DNA of 59,732 bases, from positions 186,001 to 245,732 of the forward strand of contig CALSSD010000007.1 in NCBI GenBank assembly GCA_943788915.1. The letters are read 5' to 3'. Below the pieces are notes generated by a model. That model saw nothing but the letters and a program-made list of their open reading frames with translations. It ran no database searches and had not been told where the DNA came from. Each line of letters starts with the position of its first letter. The stretch's first letter is position 1. The stretch comes from an uncultured Acidimicrobiales bacterium. Its GTDB lineage: Bacteria > Actinomycetota > Acidimicrobiia > Acidimicrobiales > UBA10347. Position numbers and translations under genes: made by a program. Shown here piece by piece: positions 9,780 through 17,740 of the stretch.

Positions 9780-11756
9780 TCATCCTTGCCACGCCGAGGC
9801 AACTTCGGCCTTGGCGGTGTCGGCGAGTTCGACGTAACCAACCGAGGCGACCGCCTCGTTCAGGCCATTGGTCACGTAGTAGTCGACGAATGCAGTCAGT
9901 GCGGGGTTGGCTGCGGCTTTGGCGTTGTTCACGTAGATGTACAGGTTGCGGCTGATCGGGTATTCATTGCTGGCAATCGTGGCCGCTGTTGCTTCGACAC
10001 AACCATCGCCACCGTCGACCTGCAGCAGTCGCGAACCTTCCGCATTGGCGGCGAAAGCGAACCCGACCCAACCCAGACTCGTGTCCGAACTCTGGATACC
10101 AGACAAGATCACATTGTCATCAGCCGACGGGCTGTACGTCGAACGAGTCGACGCCTCCTGACCACGTTCCTCGGCAATGTCCTCGATCACAATCTCGATA
10201 AAGCTGTCATAGGTCCCCGACTCTTCACCAGGACCAAAGATCGTCAACGGCGCATCCGGCAAGTTGACGCCAGTGATGTTGTTGGCATCAGCCCAACTCG
10301 TCACACCATCAGACTCAGGACCAATCAGACCGTAAAGATCACCAAAGGTCACACACTCGATAGCACTGTTGTTCTCACTGGTCATCACACCAATACCGTC
10401 GATACCCACCAGGATCTCGGTGAACTCGATACCCGCAGCCGCACATTCCTGCGCCTCAGCATCCTTAATCTGACGACTGGCATCGCTGATATCGGTCTCA
10501 CCAGAACAGAACTTCTTGAAACCATCACCCGTGCCCGGACCTTCAACATCCACGAACACACCAGGAGCAACCTCTTCGAACAACTCAGCCACCCGCACCG
10601 AAATCGGCTCAACCGTGGACGACCCAGAAATAAAGATCTCACCCTCGAGATCAGACAGATCGATGTCGCTGCCGCTCGCCGACTCGTTTGCCGTCACGTC
10701 GGCGCCCCGGGCAGCCCATGCTGCTTGGGTTTCTGCCATGGCCGCACTTGCCAGTTGCACGTAACCAACCTGGGAAACAGCGTCGATCAACCCTGTTGTT
10801 GTGTAGAAGTCGACGAAACCGGCGAGTGCGGGGTTGGCTGCGGCTTTGGCGTTGTTCACGTAGATGTACAGGTTGCGGCTGATCGGGTATTCATTGCTGG
10901 CAATCGTGGCCGCTGTCGCTTCGACACAACCATCGCCACCGTCGACCTGCAGCAGTCGCGAACCTTCCGCATTGGCGGCGAAAGCGAACCCGACCCAACC
11001 CAGACTCGTGTCCGAACTCTGGATACCAGACAAGATCACATTGTCATCAGCCGACGGGCTGTACGTCGAACGAGTCGACGCCTCCTGACCACGTTCCTCG
11101 GCAATGTCCTCGATCACAATCTCGATAAAGCTGTCATAGGTCCCCGACTCTTCACCAGGACCAAAGATCGTCAACGGCGCATCCGGCAAGTTGACGCCAG
11201 TGATGTTGTTGGCATCAGCCCAACTCGTCACACCATCAGACTCAGGACCAATCAGACCGTAAAGATCACCAAAGGTCACACACTCGATAGCACTGTTGTT
11301 CTCACTGGTCATCACACCAATACCGTCGATACCCACCAGGATCTCGGTGAACTCGATACCCGCAGCCGCACATTCCTGCGCCTCAGCATCCTTAATCTGA
11401 CGACTGGCATCGCTGATATCGGTCTCACCAGAACAGAACTTCTTGAAACCATCACCCGTGCCCGGACCTTCAACATCCACGAACACACCAGGAGCAACCT
11501 CTTCGAACAACTCAGCCACCCGCACCGAAATCGGCTCAACCGTGGACGACCCAGAAATAAAGATCTCACCCTCGAGATCAGACAGATCGGCGCTTGTCGT
11601 GGTGGTTTGTTCGGTCGAGCCCTGAATGGTGCTCGATTCGTCCGAGGCGCTTTCGCCATCGGTTACATCGCCGCTGTCGCCACACGCAACAGCAACCAGA
11701 GCCAGCATCAGGACCATGCTTAGTATTCGCCACACTGACGAACGGGGGGTGTTCAT
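9780..11756 (-). CDS. pstS: Phosphate-binding lipoprotein PstS with two tandem binding domains
   Basis: Lipobox LVAVAC-G. Two copies of ISGSSTVEP...GTGDGFKKFCSGETDISDASR...SGTYDSF...YPISRNLYIYVN. Confidence 0.93.
   Translation of the reverse strand: MNTPRSSVWRILSMVLMLALVAVACGDSGDVTDGESASDESSTIQGSTEQTTTTSADLSDLEGEIFISGSSTVEPISVRVAELFEEVAPGVFVDVEGPGTGDGFKKFCSGETDISDASRQIKDAEAQECAAAGIEFTEILVGIDGIGVMTSENNSAIECVTFGDLYGLIGPESDGVTSWADANNITGVNLPDAPLTIFGPGEESGTYDSFIEIVIEDIAEERGQEASTRSTYSPSADDNVILSGIQSSDTSLGWVGFAFAANAEGSRLLQVDGGDGCVEATAATIASNEYPISRNLYIYVNNAKAAANPALAGFVDFYTTTGLIDAVSQVGYVQLASAAMAETQAAWAARGADVTANESASGSDIDLSDLEGEIFISGSSTVEPISVRVAELFEEVAPGVFVDVEGPGTGDGFKKFCSGETDISDASRQIKDAEAQECAAAGIEFTEILVGIDGIGVMTSENNSAIECVTFGDLYGLIGPESDGVTSWADANNITGVNLPDAPLTIFGPGEESGTYDSFIEIVIEDIAEERGQEASTRSTYSPSADDNVILSGIQSSDTSLGWVGFAFAANAEGSRLLQVDGGDGCVEATAATIASNEYPISRNLYIYVNNAKAAANPALTAFVDYYVTNGLNEAVASVGYVELADTAKAEVASAWQG
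9898..11589 (-). repeat. Intragenic direct repeat, about 765 bp x2 (9898-10662 and 10825-11589; offset 927)
   Basis: The copies read as identical by eye apart from one synonymous difference noticed (9990 t vs 10917 c). Confidence 0.95.
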
Positions 11757-11849
11757 TCGTTCTCCTCCACAGAAATCGGTCAGGCAGGCGCTTCAAACGC
11801 GCATCTGCCATTGAGAAACCTACGGACGTGACCTTGCCCGCTCGGTACT

Positions 11850-11871
11850 CCCCGGTGAACAGCAGGTAAAC
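11850..11871 (-). promoter_or_regulatory. Putative PHO box (two 11-nt direct-repeat units) upstream of pstS
   Basis: Minus strand GTTTACCTGCT GTTCACCGGGG matches the actinobacterial PhoP GTTCACC-N4 repeat unit, about 95 nt upstream of the pstS start. Confidence 0.7.
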
Positions 11872-11905
11872 GGTTAGCCCGGATCTCCTTTGTCGATTCT
11901 GTTGT

Positions 11906-12031
11906 GGAGCTTGCGGAGCAAAGGCGTACTACCCCTATTCGCCGCAAAAGCCCCCGGGACCCCAGATGTACAAACTCCAAAACAGCCTTTGCGGAGCTTG
12001 CGGAGCAAAGGCGTACTACCCCTATTCGCCG
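11906..12031. repeat. Perfect 39-bp direct repeat (11906-11944, 11993-12031) separated by 48 bp
   Basis: GGAGCTTGCGGAGCAAAGGCGTACTACCCCTATTCGCCG occurs twice. The second copy overlaps the NUDIX stop codon. Confidence 0.95.
11977..12012 (-). terminator. Probable intrinsic terminator after ppk1-NUDIX
   Basis: Minus strand GCCTTTGC-12 nt loop-GCAAAGGC followed by TGTTTT, about 10 nt after the TAG. Confidence 0.55.
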
Positions 12032-12474
12032 ATTTCGTTCTTGGCTTGGCGACGTAGTTCCTTGATCAACAGGTGAGCCTCGACCAGAACCGCCTGATCA
12101 TGCACATGCGTAAGCAAGGTCATGGCTTGGGAGCGTTTGACCCAGGTCACGGCATCGACTTCGTCGTTGCGAACAAACTCACCGCCCCGGGCTTCCATGA
12201 GCCAGTACTTGACTTGTTTGGGGTTGCCGTTCGGCGTGATGTAGTTGACCGGGCTGAGCCTGGCCAACACCTCGCATACAAAACCAGTTTCTTCCTTAAC
12301 CTCGCGAAGGGCAGCATCGCGATGTTTTTCGTCCCGGTTCAGCTTGCCCTTTGGCAGCGACCAGTCGTCGTAGCGGGGGCGGTGAATCAACAGATAACGC
12401 GGTTTTCCCTTTGACAGGTCGACGATCACGCCGCCTGCCGCCTCGATGCATTCCGCCCGTTCGTTTGATTCCAC
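12022..12474 (-). CDS. NUDIX hydrolase (similar to the N-terminal domain of MutT1)
   Basis: HRPRYDDWSLPKGK and Nudix box AALREVKEETG. Confidence 0.9.
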   Translation of the reverse strand: MESNERAECIEAAGGVIVDLSKGKPRYLLIHRPRYDDWSLPKGKLNRDEKHRDAALREVKEETGFVCEVLARLSPVNYITPNGNPKQVKYWLMEARGGEFVRNDEVDAVTWVKRSQAMTLLTHVHDQAVLVEAHLLIKELRRQAKNEIGE

Positions 12475-12476
12475 GG

Positions 12477-14555
12477 TCAGTTCCCTAGTTCGTGCAGGAG
12501 CACGTGCATTTCAACGGTGCCAGAAGCATCGGGGGCAATCCAGGATCCGTCGGAGCCAAGGGTCCAGGCCCTTCGGGTGTCGGCCAGATTCGCTTCGATG
12601 ATGTGGTCGAGTTTTGCTCGAGTCATTGGATCGGTCACCGGCACGAGCGCTTCTACTCGTCGGTCGAGGTTGCGACTCATCAGGTCTGCCGACCCGATCA
12701 GATAGTGAGGTTTGCCCAAACCCTCGCCGTTGGCGAACCAGTAACAACGTGTGTGTTCCAGATAGCGGCCAAGCACGCTGCGGACCGAAATATTCTCGCT
12801 CATGCCGGGAACTCCGGGCCGGAGACAACACATGCCACGAATGATGAGCTCGATCCGCACACCTGCTTGTGAGGCCGCGTAGAGCTCGTCGATCATGCCG
12901 GGGTCAACCAGTGAGTTCATCTTCATCCGGATGTGACCGGCGGCGCCAGCTGCTGCTTCGTTGCGGATCAGCTCGGCGAGTCGGGGCCGCATGTCTGCGG
13001 GAGCCACAACAAGATGGTTGTAGACGACTGGCACATGGAAGCCGGTCAACGAGTTGAACATGGCGCTTAGATCGGCACCGAACTCAGGGTCGGCGGTGAA
13101 CAGGCCAATGTCGGTGTAGAGCCGAGCAGTGCGGGCGTTGTAGTTCCCGGTTCCGAAATGGCAGTACCGAGTGAGTTTCTCTTCTTCGCGACGGATGACC
13201 AGGCAGGTCTTGGTATGGATTTTGAGCGACACGAAGCCGTAGGCCACGTGAACGCCGGCACGTTCGAGGCGCCGGGCCCAGCTGATGTTGGCTGCTTCGT
13301 CGAAGCGAGCCTTGAGTTCTACGACTACCACGACCTGTTTGCCAGCTTCGGCGGCGCGCACCAGTGCTTCGACGATCAAGCCGTCGCCCGACATGCGATA
13401 CATCGTCATCTTGATCGCTTGGGTGTGTGGATCGTCGGCTGCGGCATTGATGAAAGCCAGCACCGAGTCGTCGAACGAGTCGTACGGATGGTGGACCAGA
13501 ATGTCGTTGGCCCGGATGCGGGCGAAGAGCTCGTCGGGTGAACCAATACCCATGAATCCCTCGGGCGTCCGGGGTTCCATTGGTTTCAGGTTGAAGTCTG
13601 TCCGACCGTTTACCAGCTTGTCGACATTGCAGTAACTGCCGAGGTCGACCGTGCCGTCGACGTTGAAGAACACATCGTCGGCGACGCCGAGCTCGCTGGC
13701 CAAGATGTTCCGAAGTTCTGCACTGGCGGCGGCGTCGATTTCGACTCGCACGACTTCGCCGAATCGTCGACGGCGTAGCTCACTTTCGACTGCGGTCAGG
13801 AGATCGTCGTCGTGGTCGTCGAGCGTTTCAGCGTCGACGGAAATGTCTGCATTTCGGGTGACCCGAAATACGGTCTGCTCAAGGATCTCGACACCCGGAA
13901 AGAGGCGGTCAAGGTTGGCCGCGATGACTTGTTCGAGCGGCACTGCCTTGGCGCCGAGGTAGGCATGGCGTCCGAGCAGATGGGTCGGGACCTTGACTCG
14001 GGCGAACCGACGGATCCCACTTTGTGGATCAGCGATGAGCATGCCCAGGTTCAGCGACAGCGTGCTGATGTACGGAAACGGGTGGCCGGGATCCACAGCG
14101 AGCGGTGTGAGGATGGGGAACACCTGGTCGGCGTAGAACTCACTGAGTTCGGCCTGCTCAGTCGGGCTGAGGCCGGACCAGTTGACCAGCATAAGCGGCT
14201 GCTCTGCTTGAGCCATTGCCTTTGCCAGTTCGAGCGTGATCCGTTGCGCCACATGGTGCTGTTCTCGCACCATCGCAAGCGACAGGTCGACTTGGCTTTG
14301 CGACGTAACGCCGTCGTCGATGACACGGACCCGACCGTTGCGGGCGTCGTCCTTCATGGACGCGATACGTACCAGGAAGTACTCGTCGAGATTGTTTGCC
14401 CAAATCGAGACGAACCGCATGCGGTCCGCGTAGGGCAACGACCCGTCTTCGGCCAGAGCCAGGACACGACGATTAAACTCATGCCACGACAGTTGCCGAT
14501 TTATGAAACGCGTGTCGGTTGCCGGGGCGACGTTCGCCGCGTGCTCTGCGGTCAT
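12477..14555 (-). CDS. ppk1: Polyphosphate kinase 1
   Basis: FINRQLSWHEFNRRVL, HHPYDSF, VELKARFDE, LKIHTK, GTGNYN, GSADLMSRNLDRRVE. Confidence 0.97.
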   Translation of the reverse strand: MTAEHAANVAPATDTRFINRQLSWHEFNRRVLALAEDGSLPYADRMRFVSIWANNLDEYFLVRIASMKDDARNGRVRVIDDGVTSQSQVDLSLAMVREQHHVAQRITLELAKAMAQAEQPLMLVNWSGLSPTEQAELSEFYADQVFPILTPLAVDPGHPFPYISTLSLNLGMLIADPQSGIRRFARVKVPTHLLGRHAYLGAKAVPLEQVIAANLDRLFPGVEILEQTVFRVTRNADISVDAETLDDHDDDLLTAVESELRRRRFGEVVRVEIDAAASAELRNILASELGVADDVFFNVDGTVDLGSYCNVDKLVNGRTDFNLKPMEPRTPEGFMGIGSPDELFARIRANDILVHHPYDSFDDSVLAFINAAADDPHTQAIKMTMYRMSGDGLIVEALVRAAEAGKQVVVVVELKARFDEAANISWARRLERAGVHVAYGFVSLKIHTKTCLVIRREEEKLTRYCHFGTGNYNARTARLYTDIGLFTADPEFGADLSAMFNSLTGFHVPVVYNHLVVAPADMRPRLAELIRNEAAAGAAGHIRMKMNSLVDPGMIDELYAASQAGVRIELIIRGMCCLRPGVPGMSENISVRSVLGRYLEHTRCYWFANGEGLGKPHYLIGSADLMSRNLDRRVEALVPVTDPMTRAKLDHIIEANLADTRRAWTLGSDGSWIAPDASGTVEMHVLLHELGN

Positions 14556-14576
14556 TGCACTACCCGTTGACGACGG

Positions 14577-14870
14577 CTAGTTGCCGTCCTCGTCATAACC
14601 AAGGTCCCACTCAAGAAGGATGTTGGAGCGTTCAGCATCGCGGTTCACACGTTCGCGGTTGCGCCGGAACTGGGGGTCATGCGGAGGCAGCAGCAACAGG
14701 CGAGCCATCACCCGTAGCTTGAAGGACTCGACAAATCCACTGTCACCAAAGTCGCTACGGAAGTCCCAATGCGGCGAGGTCGGCCCGAGGTACACGATCT
14801 TGACGTGCGCATCGGGTGCGATTGGTTCGCCGTTCTCGTCGACAGCACCGGTCGTCTGAATATCTGACAT
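14577..14870 (-). CDS. Small hypothetical protein
   Basis: 97-aa ORF from ATG 14870 (MSDIQTTG...LLLPPHDPQFRRNRERVNRDAERSNILLEWDLG). TACACT -10 box 6 nt upstream suggests a leaderless mRNA. Confidence 0.65.
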   Translation of the reverse strand: MSDIQTTGAVDENGEPIAPDAHVKIVYLGPTSPHWDFRSDFGDSGFVESFKLRVMARLLLLPPHDPQFRRNRERVNRDAERSNILLEWDLGYDEDGN

Positions 14871-14968
14871 GGCGGCAGTGTACGCCTTTCCTCCTCGGCC
14901 GCCCTCGTGATCCCCTCGAGTTTGGGTTCGATGAAGCTTTCTTGAGGCTCGCCAGCGATTGGTAATGC

Positions 14969-17737
14969 GTGTTCTTGTCGGCCCCATTGATGACTTGGTA
15001 CGGTTCTCTCGTGCGGGACGACTTCGCCATTCACGCCGTATTCGCCTGCTCGACCTGTCGGACCTCGCTCCACTTTGATAGCGACCTTGCCAGCTGCGGG
15101 AGGTGTGGCGTCTCGATTCCGGTTGTCGATGGGTTCGTGATCTGGACTGAACGTTTCATCTCAGCGAACGAAGCCCGGCGACGCGGCAACGAGATCCGAG
15201 CCGGTCGCGATCGTTATCGAAGCCTTCTTGAGCGCAAGCACGACCGGCGCATTTATGAGCCATACGCTTGGTTTCGGCCTTTTAACGAGTCGACTCGGGC
15301 CCTAGAGATGTTTCGCAATCTCCTGACCGACACCGTTGAAGCGGGTGTGCCCATTCTCGATACTTGGTGCCGTACCGGTTGGACTGGAGAGATGTTGGCG
15401 TCATGGTTCCCCGAGAACCCAGTCATATCGCTGTGGGAAGGAGACCGTGACCATCTCGGCTATCAAGGTTTCATGCACTGGCTGCCGGCAGCTCGGCGGG
15501 CCCCAAACCTCACGGTTGTTTTTGCCAATGCGAACGAACCGCTGCCCTTTGCTGACGACTCCTTTGGCCTGGTTCACGGGCTCGACACACTCCATCGGTA
15601 CGACACGAGTCCCTTGATGGGCGAGTGTCTCCGGATTACTTCAGCCACTGCCCCCATCATCTTCCCCCACATCCATTTGACCAACAGCGAACCGGATCCC
15701 TTCTTCGAACGTGGCTGCACCCAGCTCCACGGTTCGGTATGGGGCGAGTATCTCGATCACATATGCCAGGGGACAGGACGTTCGGCCTGGGTCCTCGCCG
15801 AACAAGATCTCTACCCCGCTACTGAATCTCGACCGCTCATCGACAGCCGCAATACACCGCACTACAACGGGTTTGTTGTTATTGGCCCGTCTTCGTGGGG
15901 AGGCGTCCGGCTCAACAAGCCCGACCCCACAACTGAACCCGATGCGTTCCTGTTCGCCAACCCGCTCGTGACCGTCGAGGCCGCTACGGGACGTGCCTGG
16001 GTCGACCCGGCCGCACTCTCGGGCACGGTCGAACATATGGTCAATCGTCACCCAGTCGCCCTGGCTGCGCTCGAACCAGCGACCTCACGAAGACTGACAT
16101 CGACCGAATGTCAGATCTTGAGCCATGCCGAAACACCGGCTCGTCTCAGCGATATCGCCGCACGGCTCGACATATCAAATGATGCACTTGTTGCGGCATC
16201 CCGGCAGCTCGTCGCAGACAACGTCCTGCAGATCGAAAAGGTCTCCCAGGCAATGGCAGAGCTGCAGGGCCACTATCGATCGTTGAAGCCACAACGCCGG
16301 AACACCTTCGGTGCACTGTGGGAATCGTTGCCGATTCGTTATGCATCCACCGAAGTCCTGCATGGTTCTGACGGAAGCCTGTTCGGCTTCGATGACGTCG
16401 ACACGCTTGTGCAGGCTGTTCGCCACTGGTTTACAGACCATGGGTTGGCGAAGGGTGATCGGGTCGCCTTCCTGGCCACCGGTCATCTCGAGTATTGCAT
16501 CTCCGTGTGGGCGGCCTGGTTGTCCGGGCTCGTAGCGGTCCCGCTGTCCGCGGACCTTTCGGATGAACATGTCGTCGAAGCATTTGACCAGCTCGCGGTA
16601 AAGGCGGTGGCGTGCGATCGAGCGAACACGAGACGCGTGCACAACCTACGCGGCGATCGCCCGTACATAGTGTTCGATCCGACTGATGTTCCTGAGAACT
16701 CGGACCGGTATTTTATCGACGAAGTTGGACCGCTGATCGAGCAGGCCCCGTTACCCGAGCCCGATATCACAGGTTCTGATGATGCAGCGATCATCTACAC
16801 CTCCGGAAGTTCCGGCGCCCCAAAGGCGGTTCGTCTATCCGTAGGGTCGCTGCTTCATACCGGTGCAGTGATGGGTGATGTGCTCGGCCTGCGTAACGGA
16901 GATCGACTGCTCTCACTTGCTCCCGTTCACACGATGTCCGGCCTACGGAATCCGTTCGTCACGGCGCTGTCTCGGGGCGCAACGACGGTGATAGCACCAG
17001 AATCTGCGGCCTCGGCTCTGAGCATCGTCGACGCATGCTATACGTACGGCATCAATGTGCTGACGACAGGACCAGTGTTCCTCGACCGCATCGCGTCGCT
17101 GGTGGAACGCCTGAAACGCCAACTACTTCCCGAGCTGCGCACAATTGCCACGACCGCCGACCGACTCGATCCAGAGTCGAGCATCGCAGTGCAGGAAATC
17201 CTCGACGTCCAGATCGTCGACTACTACGGGCTGACCGAAACCGGTGGTGTTGTGCTGGCGGCGGTCAAAGGTTGTGAGGGCGACCTCGGTATACCTGCGG
17301 GTGCTGTCGTCGAGGTCCACCAGAACGACACTCGCGTAGACCCGGGTACCGTGGGTGAAATCAGAGTCAGCGGCCCATCAGTGATGAGCGGTTACCTGGG
17401 CGATGCGGCGGGGGTACGATTCGAAGCGGGTTGGGTTTACACGGGCGACCATGGGGTGAGCCATGAGGACGGCTCTATCAGCCTGCTTGGCCGCATGAGT
17501 GATCAGCTTAAGCGCTCCAACGGGGAGATCTATCCGCACGAACGCGTGTTGGCAGCTCTGGAATCTCGTGAGGACATCGAATACGCAACGGTCTTTGTCG
17601 AGCCACAATCCCGCCAGCTCGTGCTCCAACTCACGGGGTCGACGGTGGATCGGGCCGAGATCAGGATGTGGTTAGAACAACAGTGTGGAACCGAAGGTAT
17701 GCCCGACCGCCTCTCCATCAACGACAAGAAGTCATAA
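14969..17737 (+). CDS. Fusion protein: Zn-ribbon + class I SAM-methyltransferase + probable HTH linker + ANL (AMP-forming) domain
   Basis: CSTC..CGRC; MTase-like ILDTWCRTGW and PLPFADDSFGLVHGLDTLH; ANL motifs IYTSGSSGAPKAV, YYGLTETGG, YTGDHG, LLGRMSD. Start codon uncertain (14969/14990/15011). Confidence 0.8.
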   Translation: MFLSAPLMTWYGSLVRDDFAIHAVFACSTCRTSLHFDSDLASCGRCGVSIPVVDGFVIWTERFISANEARRRGNEIRAGRDRYRSLLERKHDRRIYEPYAWFRPFNESTRALEMFRNLLTDTVEAGVPILDTWCRTGWTGEMLASWFPENPVISLWEGDRDHLGYQGFMHWLPAARRAPNLTVVFANANEPLPFADDSFGLVHGLDTLHRYDTSPLMGECLRITSATAPIIFPHIHLTNSEPDPFFERGCTQLHGSVWGEYLDHICQGTGRSAWVLAEQDLYPATESRPLIDSRNTPHYNGFVVIGPSSWGGVRLNKPDPTTEPDAFLFANPLVTVEAATGRAWVDPAALSGTVEHMVNRHPVALAALEPATSRRLTSTECQILSHAETPARLSDIAARLDISNDALVAASRQLVADNVLQIEKVSQAMAELQGHYRSLKPQRRNTFGALWESLPIRYASTEVLHGSDGSLFGFDDVDTLVQAVRHWFTDHGLAKGDRVAFLATGHLEYCISVWAAWLSGLVAVPLSADLSDEHVVEAFDQLAVKAVACDRANTRRVHNLRGDRPYIVFDPTDVPENSDRYFIDEVGPLIEQAPLPEPDITGSDDAAIIYTSGSSGAPKAVRLSVGSLLHTGAVMGDVLGLRNGDRLLSLAPVHTMSGLRNPFVTALSRGATTVIAPESAASALSIVDACYTYGINVLTTGPVFLDRIASLVERLKRQLLPELRTIATTADRLDPESSIAVQEILDVQIVDYYGLTETGGVVLAAVKGCEGDLGIPAGAVVEVHQNDTRVDPGTVGEIRVSGPSVMSGYLGDAAGVRFEAGWVYTGDHGVSHEDGSISLLGRMSDQLKRSNGEIYPHERVLAALESREDIEYATVFVEPQSRQLVLQLTGSTVDRAEIRMWLEQQCGTEGMPDRLSINDKKS

Positions 17738-17740
17738 GAA

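Noticed and set aside
9786..11723. 645-aa + strand ORF
   Set aside because: Antisense shadow of pstS caused by codon bias; no recognisable motifs. The many other long antisense ORFs in the track were rejected for the same reason.
11906..12031. 39-bp repeat with a 48-bp spacer as a mini-CRISPR array
   Set aside because: Only two copies, one overlapping a coding 3' end; no cas genes or AT-rich leader in the window.
14880..14894. 14/15 match (GTACGCCTTTCCTCC) to part of the 39-bp repeat, in the opposite orientation
   Set aside because: Short, overlaps the predicted promoter of the hypothetical gene, and there is no TSD or transposase to suggest element ends. Treated as chance unless a genome-wide motif is found.
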